Assembly: GCA_048213135.1 (NCBI GenBank)
Contig: PS015521.1
Coordinates: forward strand, 1-36,343
Reading direction: 5' to 3'
From: Reclinomonas americana ATCC 50394
Lineage: Eukaryota
Length of the DNA: 36,343 bases
A program made the position numbers and the translations under genes. Shown here in pieces: positions 1-11,211 of the stretch (within the stretch, counting starts at the first letter, position 1; each line of letters starts with the position of its first letter). The notes under the pieces are model-generated. The model was not told where the DNA came from. It searched no databases and saw nothing but the letters and a program-made list of their open reading frames with translations.

Positions 1-154
1 ACTCATTGTGTCCCCGTTCGCGCAGTGCAAGTTCAATGTGCGCACGATGCCGCAACCGCCAGGCGCCAACTGACCGACTGGCGAGGAAGTCCTGTTATGT
101 TTGTGTTATGTGCATGTGCATATGATAAACAAAGCTATTGTGTTTATGATTTCG

Positions 155-676
155 CTATAATTCTTCGTGAAGCTCCAGTCCTCGATTCTGAGTTCGGCTC
201 GGCAGCGACCAGCCGACAAACATGGCCACGCAGATGGTGCAAAACGGAGAAGGTCCCGCCGGCAACCAAGTGCATTCCACGAGCAACATGAAGATTCCGA
301 TGGTGATTGCATACGTTCGTAACTGCGCGACGCTCAGCCATCAAACAAACATGAACGCATGCAATCAACGCGCACAAGAGGCGTCACGCACCAGTGCTGT
401 TCCATGACGAATGCACCAATTGGAGTAGCGCACCACCCAGCTGCGTGGTGGCGGTTTGGGTGGAGGGAGCTGAGCTGACAAATAGTCCCACAATACAGGT
501 GGATGCAGAAAGCCGCCACGTATTCTGCCGTCCACAATCGTCACCGTTTTCGCGGGTGGAGCGTCGGCAGTAGATTCCAGTATTGGTGCATGCAGCGGCC
601 CCGCAACCCGCTTGCTGACAATGTCGGCCAGTGGGGGGGCCGGCGGCGGAGCCTTGATGTTGCGTCTGCCAGGCAT
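155..676 (-). CDS. Hypothetical ~150-aa protein, Pro-rich N-terminus and hydrophobic C-terminus (2 exons: 676-392, 322-155)
   Basis: ATG at 676 (MPGRRNIKAPPPAPP...). A phase-0 intron GTGCGT...GCGCAG (391-323) joins it to LRTYAITIGIFMLLVECTW...HEEL*. No recognisable family. Confidence 0.5.
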
Positions 677-830
677 TATCGCGTAAGAGAGACCCAACGA
701 AAGAGAAGCGCATCACACAGCAGGGAGCGACGAAACTGTTTGCCTTCGGCTCGGTAGTAGCCGCGCATACTGCTGAATATGGCGAATTTTGACTGCGACT
801 CCGATGGCTGCGCGAGGAAGCAGAATCGAA

Positions 831-1398
831 TCAGCGTGCGCATATCATTGTCAGCTCATCGTGCAGGAGCGCACGCCGCACCGACGCAAAGGCATCGCGC
901 TCCAGCACCCGCCACAGATTGTCCGACCATTTGTATCGCAGACAAATGTGACACATGCACCAGCTAAAAGTGTCGCACGCTAGTCGATGGGAGCTGGGCG
1001 ACAGGTTCACAAACAGCAGCCCGATCACCGCGGCAACTAATGGCGGCAGCGGCAGCGTGCGCATGTCCACTTGGCTTTGTCGATGCCACAGAATATTGGC
1101 AGTCACTGAGTGTTGAGCAGGTTGGTGAGTTATCACTTACCGGATTTTATGCACACGCACACACACACACACACGCACCCGACAACACAACAACCAAGGG
1201 GTACAACGCCACATGCTCGTGACCAGTGCCGTCGAGCAGTCCGCGCACATGCATTATCAATCCGAGACACAGCCACGGCGAGAATTCCACGTAAACATCG
1301 ATCAGGCGCTCCTTCAGCTGCCGCGAATACAACTTGCACGGAGGGGCCGGCAGCGGTGTCCGGTGCACGTGCTGTCGTGCAACGCCCGTCATAAACAC
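831..1398 (-). CDS. Possible small spliced membrane protein (tentative)
   Basis: Two protein-like hydrophobic segments (LKERLIDVYVEFSPWLCLGLIMH...YPLVVVLS and DMRTLPLPPLVAAVIGLLFV...) can be joined by a phase-1 GTGCGT intron containing (TG)n. Boundaries are uncertain. Confidence 0.25.
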
Positions 1399-1737
1399 GG
1401 CGACAATCTGCCAAGCATGTGAGACACACTTCCCATTTGATCAACAACCGGATTTCACACTCTCTCTCTCTCTCTCTCTCACCATCCACCAGCCGAACAC
1501 CAGCCATCGATTCACCATCGCGGCGCTGCGTCACAGAGTGAGCAAGCGGCATCGATTACAAGGACACACGAGGAACGCACCACTGCGACACCAGTTCTAT
1601 CCTCCGCGCCGCACTCAATCGTCTCTGGCTCAACGGCCATTCGGTTTCGGCACACATGTCGCGAATGAGCCACGCTGCAAGTGCCGTCACACATCAGTAA
1701 GCAACACAACGTTGGTAAGACGTGGCATCAACAACAC

Positions 1738-3337
1738 TCAACCCTGATCGGCCGTGTTCGGGCACGTGGTGGCAACGCGGGACAACTGCATCGATTTGAA
1801 GAGCTCCGACACGGTGACGGTCACCGTGTTGGAAGACACGGCCAGCACAATACAAATGGCCATGCAGATATGCATGGTGCGGTCCCGCCATCGCGTGCAC
1901 CGCCCAACGGCGTAGTAGACGACAAACTGGATCACGTGAAGCAGTATAGTGCGCATTGCGCCCTCCATTTCTATCGTGATGCCGGCGAAAATGTCGAGCA
2001 CAGTGAAGATGCACAAGACTGCACACGAGCATGAGAGGACGAACGCAAAGTGGAGTCAGTGGGAGGGAGCAGCACTCACATCCAACCAAGGCGTAGGTGA
2101 TGAAACGTGCAGGCCAATGTCCTCGCCACACACGCACGCAGACCATTAGCTGCAACAGCAAGGTACCGCAACCGCTGACGACGCTGAGCGTGCGTGCGTT
2201 CCACTCGCGACCAGGTGAGTCGAACGCCGACAGCGCAGCGACAATGACCGATGCCAGCCAGGAGCCGACCTGCAATCACATGAGCGAGAGGGGACAGGGT
2301 AGCAGAAGAGAGCTCTCTTCCTCCCGCTTCCGCACACGCACCACAGGCTTGGCTATGCTGGCAATGACCGCCACCGTCGTCAACATCGAATTGGAAGACA
2401 CCGGAATGAGGGCCATGGCGACCGACGCCACCATCAACAGCACGAAAAAGTAAAAGAGCACGATGGCCCACGCAGGCATCCACGGTGTCCACTCGTCACG
2501 CCGACCAAAGCACACCGCAAACACCGCCGCGTCAATGATCACGGCCAGCAGCAGGCCCAGCCGGCGGCGCGCATACGCGCTAACAATGTACGGCGACAAC
2601 ACCTCCACCAAGTGCGATACCAGGAAGCAGGCAATGGAGGCGCCGGGCAGCAGCACCACAGGTCTCAGCAGGGCGCCCAGCGGACCACTGGATGACAAGT
2701 AGAGCGATAATAGTGCAACCAGCACGGCCACCAGCAGTGCGCTGCGGCGGGATACCTCTCGGCGGAGTGCGCGTCGGGCGTGCAGGATCACGGCGAACAT
2801 GAGCATTACCGCTGTGGGGGGTAGAAGGGAGAAGGGAGAGGGGGTGAGGGAGGGAGAAGGGAGGGAGAAGGGAAAGGGCGTGAGGGAGAAGGGAGAGGGA
2901 GTCTCTCCCTCTCTCTCGTTCTTGATACTGCCCTCAATGTCATTCTCTTTCTCTCTTGTGATTACTCTCGCGCCCGTCCCCCTTTTCCTTCGCGATGCCC
3001 ATAGATATAAAGGGGGGAGGGAGAAAGAGAGTGAGGCGAGGTGCATGCCTGGGATCATCGATCACTCACTCTTCCTCATGTCTCTTCAAAGAAAAAGAGA
3101 AAGAGAGCGAGAAAGACACAGAGGAACAACTCGGAATGGAACTGCTGCATGTATCGAGCCACTAACTGTCATCACTTTCTCCACCCGGCCTCACCCACTT
3201 CTTCTTCTTCTTCTTCTTCTGCCCTCTCTCTTCAGGAGGCAGCGCCGAATCACTGGGTTCGTCACCGCGAATCCCCCACGATTCACAGAGAAGGAGGGGT
3301 AGCAGCAGCAGAAGCGTATCGCGACGAACCAGCAATT

Positions 3338-3378
<41 letters not shown>

Positions 3379-4557
3379 CTTGGTACTGCCCCCACTGCCG
3401 AATCACAGATCGTTCTTTCACCCTTGTCTCTCGCGCTCATTCCCCTTCTCACTTGCGATGCCACAGATATGGAGAGGGCGGAGGGAGAAAGAACGAGAGA
3501 GAGGCGACTGTTCCAAGTGAAGCAGGTGCATTCGTGGGATCACGTATCTCTTCAAAGAGAGAGAGATCGGAATGGAACATCTGCATACATCGACTATAAT
3601 CGTCCACACTCACCCTCTCATCTATCTTGAGGGACGAGGGAAGAGAGAGTGGAACAGCTGCATGTATCGACTCACTGATCGCCCACGCCTTTTCTCTCGC
3701 ACTCGTCTCTCTTCTCCCCGAGCCCGATGCGATGCCCGCAGAGACATAGGGACGACGGAAGAGAGCGAATCACTGATCGTTCTCACTTTCTCACTCTTGC
3801 ATACCTCTTTTTCCCCCGAGCCCGATGCGAGACAGAGGGAAAGGAGATAGAGAGCGGAACAGCTGCATGTATCGACTCACTGATCGCCCTCACTTTCTCT
3901 CTCGCACTCGTCTCTCTTCTCGCCCACAACGAGACAAATCAGAGTGGAATCACTGCCAGTATCGGATCTTTGCTCACCCTCTCCCCCTGCCCCTGCCCCT
4001 CCCCATCCACCCACCAGCACTGGTCATCGCGCCAACCATACAACACATGCCAAAGAGAATGGTCTCCGGCGCCAACGCGCTCCCCGACACCCACATCCAC
4101 CAGCCCAGCACCAACACACCACTCCATCCCGCAGTCACCGACACCATCGATCGGATAGACAACAATAACCTCGCCTGCGCAGCGCGACGAGTGATCGCCG
4201 CCACAAGAAGCAACAGATTCACCGACTGCCACCCTCATTGATTCAGAGACTGATGATGCGCGACATAGATGGACTGTGTGCGCGCACCACTAATGCATGC
4301 ACACAAAAGGCGACAGCGAAGAGGACCCAGGCTCCGCGTCCGTGATACATGCGCCACACCAGAGGCATGTTGTAGTCGGCGGCGGAGGAGGCGGCGAGTG
4401 GCCAGTGGAAGTAGGCGTAGCAGGCAAAGTAGCCGATGAGAGCGGAGAGTGAGACGGTGGCGGTGAGAAGGAGGAGAACAAGAGCGCCGTGGCGCAGGCG
4501 GCGGGGAGGCCACCTCATGGAGGTGAGAGCGAACGATTGGATTGAGTGACAGGACAT
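1738..4557 (-). CDS. Hypothetical multi-pass membrane protein, ~5 exons, roughly 480 aa
   Basis: Hydrophobic exons join in frame through GT-AG introns at 4287-4226, 4014-2812 (phase 1 at both ends), ~2341-2271 and ~2078-2019. Many TM-like stretches; no family recognised. Confidence 0.6.
2990..3925. repeat. Degenerate intronic repeat family plus (CTT)n and (CT)n tracts
   Basis: The unit GGAAC(A/T)GCTGCATGTATCGA..CACT.A..G recurs near 3138, 3574 (diverged), 3651 and 3856. Copies 3646-3716 and 3851-3921 are near-identical. (CTT)n at ~3198-3218, (CT)n at ~3339-3375. Confidence 0.7.
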
Positions 4558-5182
4558 GCCGAGAATGGATCTTGGAGGACACGTGGAATTGTGAGCTCTC
4601 CTGTACACTGTTGCGTGTTGCGATAGCTTGTGCTGGAACTCGTAAGACCTGTGTTCCAGCTGGCGACGTCGAAGTTTGATTGCGAATCACTTCGAGGTCA
4701 GGATTGCCACTTCAGTGCAAAGCTGTGCTTCTCACGATCATGCAGTCCGGAGAATCCGGATTGAAAGGGCCTGCCAGCCCTGCGACTGTAGAAGAGCGTG
4801 GGCACTAACCTCGCTTTCTAGAAGTCTGTATGCGTCTGTCACTTGAACTTCTGTGTCTCTCTCAGTATCCTCTTTGCCATTCTGCTGAAGAATGTTTCTC
4901 TCTATCACTATCTCTCTCTCTTTCTCTGTCTCCGAGGGGCTCCTTGCAAGCAGCGTGAAGCGGAGTTCACTGCTGCAATGGACGACGTCGCTGGTAATTG
5001 GTCATGATGCAGTACGACGCGTGTCTGTTGTCGCAGTGGATGCAGCGACAGCTCGACAGCACACAAGACACCTACACCTGCGCAGCGCAGCATGCAGTTG
5101 TCTCTGACAGCATGCAAACGCACCAAGTGTGTTCACTCTCTTCGCAGGTCGCCTCACCGCCGCTGCATCTCCACGACAATGC

Positions 5183-5761
5183 TCACAGCTCATCATGCGT
5201 CTTCTCCTCATCGTCATCGTCGTCGCCATCATCATCGACATCGACATCGTCATGAGCGGCGACAGCCTCCTCCTCGTGCTGCTGCTGCGACGCGACCGGC
5301 GCCTCCTCCTCCTGCACCACCGCCTGCACAACGCCACACTCACTTCACACGTCTCACACACGCACGCAAGCACCTCACGCCCACGTACCTTCTCCTCAAC
5401 AGGAGTGACAATCTCCTCCTCGTCCTCCTCACCAAGCGGCGGAGTCGTCTCAATCTCCGTCGGCGGCGCTCCGAAATGCACAGACACCTGCCAGCGCGCA
5501 TATCAGCACAAGGCACACAATGAAAGACAAGGCACACTCTCTCCACCTTCTCAATGGTGCTATGCAGGCGCTCCTGCACACGTGTCACCGCCTTTTGCGC
5601 CCACTGCTGCACCTCGCCCACCGTCTCACGACGCGCCAGCGTCTCCCAGTTGACAAACGCCGCGTGCATCACCGCAAGAACAGCAACAACAATAATCACG
5701 CGAAGCAACAGCAGCAAAACACGCTGCAACTTGCGCGTCGCCCATCCAGACACGCACCTGC

Positions 5762-5796
<35 letters not shown>

Positions 5797-6407
5797 AGCA
5801 AGTGAGAAACGCACAAAGTCTTGCACACATGCATACTTGTACACTTGTCACACACGAAACGCACCAAACACGCACTTTTCACACTAATGCACACTTTTTG
5901 CACACTACTGCACACACTTGCACATAACACACACTGGCACACACTTACACACACAAACGCACACTTTCTGCACACTTTCCGCACACAAATGCACATTTGT
6001 GTACACTTTCGCACACTTTTTCACACTAATGCACACACTTTTGCATACTCTGGCCCACACTTGCACATAACACACACTGGCACACACTTGCACCCACAAA
6101 CGCACACTTTCTGCACACTTTTTGCACACTTTTTCACACTAATGCACACTTTTCGCACACTTTTGCACACTTTCACACACTTTTGCACACTTTCTTTGCA
6201 CTTTACGCACACCTATACCCACAAGCACACACTCCTGCACACTCCTGCACACAAAACACAAACAAACTTGCACTTTTCTCTCTTTGTCTTTCTCTCTCAG
6301 TCTTGTCTCACTCACCAGGCAAGCCACACAGCAAACGTGGTCAGTGCAACAAACACAATCGCATACGGCGACGCAGCCAACTGCGTGAGCGATACACTCT
6401 CCGTCAT
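5183..6407 (-). CDS. Hypothetical ~180-aa protein: two N-terminal TM segments and an acidic C-terminal tail (4 exons)
   Basis: MTESVSLTQLAASPYAIVFVALTTFAVWLAW | CVSGWATRKLQRVLLLLLRVIIVVAVLAVMH...IEK | VSVHFGAPP...EEK | AVVQEEEAP...DDDDEEKTHDEL*. All introns are GT-AG and phase-compatible. Confidence 0.65.
5765..6270. repeat. (CA)n microsatellite grading into a degenerate TGCACACTTT-type minisatellite (intronic)
   Basis: Directly visible CA-rich tract with recurring GCACACTTT and ACACTAATGCACAC units. Confidence 0.85.
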
Positions 6408-6697
6408 GGCAAAACACAATACAAAGTAAAGTGAACTCCGTTGATCGGAGCTCGTGTTTGTCTTTGCAAAGANNNNNNNNNNNNNNNNNNNNNNNNNNNN
6501 NNNNNNNNNNNNNNNNNNNNNNNNNNNNNNNNNNNNNNNNNNNNNNNNNNNNNNNNNNNNNNNNNNNNNNNNNNNNNNNNNNNNNNNNNNNNNNNNNNNN
6601 NNNNNNNNNNNNNNNNNNNNNNNNNNNNNNNNNNNNNNNNNNNNNNNNNNNNNNNNNNNNGTGCATGCCATGAACATATGTGGACGACGGAACACAC

Positions 6698-7027
6698 CCG
6701 CTTGTGCAACATGCGCGAGTGTGGAGGTGAGGAAAGTGGGGTGTCGCGCGACTGCATCCACGAGGCGATTCACACAGGCGGATAAGTCACGGACGCGCTC
6801 GTATGCGCTGCGTGGAAGAAGCGCTGCGCGGAGAGTCACAGGCGCCACCATCATCGTCCCAGCAGACGAGGCTGTGTGTGAGAGTGAGAACAAGGGGAGA
6901 GTGAAAGAAAGACAGAGTGTGCGTGCGCGCAACGAGAGACTGTGACACCAGGCGCAGGCAACGGCGGCCTCAGCAGGATGCCAGTGGAGGCGCAGTACCA
7001 TGCTGCGTCTTGCAACACACTCTGCAT
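6698..7027 (-). CDS. GSS: Glutathione synthetase N-terminal exons, on a 409-bp gap-flanked contig that is probably inverted in the assembly
   Basis: Exons 7027-6949 and 6871-6698 give MQSVLQDAAWYCASTGILLR...APVTLRAALLPRSAYERVRDLSACVNRLVDAVARHPTFLTSTLAHVAQA. This matches the eukaryotic GS N-terminal pattern (DA..W....GL, AP.TL.P...P, N.LVD.V.....FL..TL..V..AD). Confidence 0.75.
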
Positions 7028-7035
7028 GTTTGCTC

Positions 7036-7069
<34 letters not shown>

Positions 7070-7888
7070 NNNNNNNNNNNNNNNNNNNNNNNNNNNNNNN
7101 NNNNNNNNNNNNNNNNNNNNNNNNNNNNNNNNNNNNNNNNNNNNNNNNNNNNNNNNNNNNNNNNNNNNNNNNNNNNNNNNNNNNNNNNTTTGTAATGATT
7201 GATTGGTCACTCTATCGGTCTCCTCTTTGTCTCGGAGTGAGGAGAGCGACTGCGGTGGTCGGCTTTTCCACTCTTCTGGCCTTTGTGGCGTCCTTGCGTG
7301 CACGTCCCCGACTCTCCGAACATCCCTCTTCCTCACTCCGACTATCCGTCTTGCAGTCAGGCTTCTCTCGCCTTGCTATTGCCTCTTACTCGCCCACGCT
7401 CGTCTCCTCCACTCTCTTCTATCTCTCTTCCAGTTACGAGCTTTTCTTTTCTCTCCAACTGCTCAGACTGTGCTGTTTTCGCTCTCCCCCCTGCGGTTTG
7501 CCTCTCACTTCCGCCCTCTTCTTTCTCTCTTCCAGATTCAACCTTTTTTCTTTCCATCTGATTAGAAAGTGATGTTTCGCTCTCGCCTTGCTCTTTGCCG
7601 CTCATTCGCCCGCACTCCTCTCCTTCCACTCTCTTCTGTCGCGCTCCCCAGCTGATGTTAGTCCAATTTTCCCTTCTCCCGTTTCGCTTTTCCTCACTCG
7701 CCTGCTCCTCCCCTTCGGCCGCACCCCCTTCCCGCCATCTCCATCATCTGTCTCTCCCTCTTGTCAGCAATGCATTTGTGTGCGCTGCGTTAATCCGTCA
7801 TCAGTTCCTCCCCTCACGTCGTCCCCAAGCTCCATCATCCATCTCTCTCTCTCTCTGTCTGTCTGTCTGTCTGTCTGTCTCGCTATCC

Positions 7889-9180
7889 CCGTCTCTTTCT
7901 CGCTCTCATACACATCTCTCGTCATTGAAGCTGTTGTGTGCTTGATCTACCTGCTTCTCTGTCTTCCCTCTCTCATCAATGATGCTGCATGCAGCAAAGG
8001 AAAGAGACTTACACCTTCTTTGTGCCCCTGTCCCTNNNNNNNNNNNNNNNNNNNNNNNNNNNNNNNNNNNNNNNNNNNNNNNNNNNNNNNNNNNNNNNNN
8101 NNNNNNNNNNNNNNNNNNNNNNNNNNNNNNNNNNNNNNNNNNNNNNNNNNNNNNNNNNNNNNNNNNNNNNNNNNNNNNNNNNNNNNNNNNNNNNNNNNNN
8201 NNNNNNNNNNNNNNNNNNNNNNNNNNNNNNNNNNNNNNNNNNNNNNNNNNNNNNNNNNNNNNNNNNNNNNNNNNNNNNNNNNNNNNNNNNNNNNNNNNNN
8301 NNNNNNNNNNNNNNNNNNNNNNNNNNNNNNNNNNNNNNNNNNNNNNNNNNNNNNNNNNNNNNNNNNNNNNNNNNNNNNNNNNNNNNNNNNNNNNNNNNNN
8401 NNNNNNNNNNNNNNNNNNNNNNNNNNNNNNNNNNNNNNNNNNNNNNNNNNNNNNNNNNNNNNNNNNNNNNNNNNNNNNNNNNNNNNNNNNNNNNNNNNNN
8501 NNNNNNNNNNNNNNNNNNNNNNNNNNNNNNNNNNNNNNNNNNNNNNNNNNNNNNNNNNNNNNNNNNNNNNNNNNNNNNNNNNNNNNNNNNNNNNNNNNNN
8601 NNNNNNNNNNNNNNNNNNNNNNNNNNNNNNNNNNNNNNNNNNNNNNNNNNNNNNNNNNNNNNNNNNNNNNNNNNNNNNNNNNNNNNNNNNNNNNNNNNNN
8701 NNNNNNNNNNNNNNNNNNNNNNNNNNNNNNNNNNNNNNNNNNNNNNNNNNNNNNNNNNNNNNNNNNNNNNNNNNNNNNNNNNNNNNNNNNNNNNNNNNNN
8801 NNNNNNNNNNNNNNNNNNNNNNNNNNNNNNNNNNNNNNNNNNNNNNNNNNNNNNNNNNNNNNNNNNNNNNNNNNNNNNNNNNNNNNNNNNNNNNNNNNNN
8901 NNNNNNNNNNNNNNNNNNNNNNNNNNNNNNNNNNNNNNNNNNNNNNNNNNNNNNNNNNNNNNNNNNNNNNNNNNNNNNNNNNNNNNNNNNNNCTCTCTCT
9001 CCCGCCCTTTCCCCTCGCTTCCCTCCCTCTCCTTCCCCCTTTCCCCCTTCCCTATCACGTCTCTCTCTCTCTCGCTTTCACCGTCTCTTTCTCGCTCTCA
9101 TACACACGTCTCTCGTCATTTAAGCTGCTCCTCTGTCTTCCCTCTCTCATCAACGATGCTTCATGCAGCAAAGCAAAGAT
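7889..9180 (+). repeat. Imperfect ~100-115 bp direct repeat flanking the 8036-8992 gap (7889-8005 and 9081-9179)
   Basis: Both copies read CCGTCTCTTTCTCGCTCTCATACAC...TCTCTCGTCATT.AAGCTG...CTCTGTCTTCCCTCTCTCATCAA.GATGCT.CATGCAGCAAAG.AAAGA. Confidence 0.8.
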
Positions 9181-9301
9181 ACCTGTCCCTCTCTCTCTCC
9201 CTCACCGTCCCCCTTTCCCCCACTCACCTTCTCCCTTTCCCCCTTCCCCCTCACCCCCTTCCCCTTCCCCTTTCCCCCTTCCCCCCCCTCCCCCCTCACA
9301 G

Positions 9302-11133
9302 CGCGGTGATCCTCATGGTGGTGCAGCCAAACGAGCGCAACCTGGCCGATCAAAAGGGCATTGAGTACTACGCTCTGGCAACGACACGGCATTCGCACGG
9401 AGAGACGCACGCTGACCGAGCTGCATCGCATCGCCTCGGTGGATGCCGCCTCGCGCGTGCTCTTCGTCACCGACAGCAGCCTGAGCACACCGACTGCTGT
9501 CTCCCTGGTGTACTTCCGTGCAGGATACGCTCCCGGCGATTACCCGTCGGAGAAGGAGTGGGAGGCGCGTGAGCGGTTGGAGCACACGTGCGCCGTTTTG
9601 TGTCCCACGGTGGCGTATCAGCTGGCCGGCACGAAGAAAGTGCAGCAGGAGCTCTCCAAGCCCGANNNNNNNNNNNNNNNNNNNNNNNNNNNNNNNNNNN
9701 NNNNNNNNNNNNNNNNNNNNNNNNNNNNNNNNNNNNNNNNNNNNNNNNNNNNNNNNNNNNNNNNNNNNNNNNNNNNNNNNNNNNNNNNNNNNNNNNNNNN
9801 NNNNNNNNNNNNNNNNNNNNNNNNNNNNNNNNNNNNNNNNNNNNNNNNNNNNNNNNNNNNNNNNNNNNNNNNNNNNNNNNNNNNNNNNNNNNNNNNNNNN
9901 NNNNNNNNNNNNNNNNNNNNNNNNNNNNNNNNNNNNNNNNNNNNNNNNNNNNNNNNNNNNNNNNNNNNNNNNNNNNNNNNNNNNNNNNNNNNNNNNNNNN
10001 NNNNNNNNNNNNNNNNNNNNNNNNNNNNNNNNNNNNNNNNNNNNNNNNNNNNNNNNNNNNNNNNNNNNNNNNNNNNNNNNNNNNNNNNNNNNNNNNNNNN
10101 NNNNNNNNNNNNNNNNNNNNNNNNNNNNNNNNNNNNNNNNNNNNNNNNNNNNNNNNNNNNNNNNNNNNNNNNNNNNNNNNNNNNNNNNNNNNNNNNNNNN
10201 NNNNNNNNNNNNNNNNNNNNNNNNNNNNNNNNNNNNNNNNNNNNNNNNNNNNNNNNNNNNNNNNNNNNNNNNNNNNNNNNNNNNNNNNNNNNNNNNNNNN
10301 NNNNNNNNNNNNNNNNNNNNNNNNNNNNNNNNNNNNNNNNNNNNNNNNNNNNNNNNNNNNNNNNNNNNNNNNNNNNNNNNNNNNNNNNNNNNNNNNNTGT
10401 GCTGGCCCAGTTGCGTGCTCACATTTTCTGCCCCTTCTTTTTGTGAAAGGCCACGCCTGAACGACGCGGCAGATTTGTGCCGGACGCCGACGAGCGACGA
10501 CGCCTGAGCGACACGTTCATGGGGCAATTCGCTCTCGAGGACACGGATAGCACAACACTGACTGCCATTCGTGACGCCGCGGCTCATCCCGAGAATTATG
10601 TGCTCAAGCCGCAGCGCGAGGGTGGCGGCAATCTGCTTTTTGGCGAGGAGCTGCGCCGCACCGTGCAGCGCGTGTTGGACGCCAAGGTCTGTGCTCGCAA
10701 CAGGGTGACTCGTCTTCTGACCACTCACTTCGCGCATCATCACAGACGGACGACGAGCGCATTCATTACGGCGCCGAGTTCACGCTAATGAGCCGCATTG
10801 ATGCGCTGTCGGTGGAGAACTCGTACATTTTGCGCGACGGTGCTCTGTACCACGGACCCGTGCAAAGCGAGTTTGGCATCTACTCGTGTTTCTTGGGGTG
10901 CGTCGTGTCGTTTTGTGTGCCTGCCACCTACCGTGAGTTGTCTGCCTCACATTCCCCGCCCCGCTCGCAGCAATGGCAAGGCCGAGTACGTCAACTACTT
11001 TGCCGGCTACCTGGTGCGCACCAAATCTACTGGCACGCAAGAGGGTGGTGTTGCGGCGGGCGCCTCGGCCCTGGACTCCCTCGCCTTGGTCGACAACGCC
11101 AGTGAGATACCCGCGGCCAAGTCCACGACGTGA
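9302..11133 (+). CDS. GSS: Glutathione synthetase (eukaryotic type), central and C-terminal exons; gapped, with one apparent +1 frameshift near 9369
   Basis: Motifs VQPNERNLADQ, VYFRAGYAPGDYPSEKEW, CPTVAYQLAGTKKVQQEL, YVLKPQREGGGN, SEFGIYS, GYLVRTK and EGGVAAGASALDS. Introns at 10410-10472, 10687-10746 and ~10898-10970; stop at 11133. Confidence 0.95.
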
Positions 11134-11211
11134 TATTTAGCCAGCAGTGAACAACAATAACAGACTCTTTTTTTTACACATATATGTTTTCAAGTTTTTC
11201 TCGTTTCCCCA

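Noticed and set aside
4746-4760. TCCGGA-GAA-TCCGGA short palindromic repeat
   Set aside because: Too short and single-copy; no support for a function.
5821-6429. His/Thr-rich 202-aa ORF and Cys/Val-rich antisense ORFs
   Set aside because: Translations of an intronic CA-rich satellite.
7588-10743. Long ORFs of 290-527 aa in the ORF track
   Set aside because: Artefacts of reading through N-gaps and CT-rich intron sequence.
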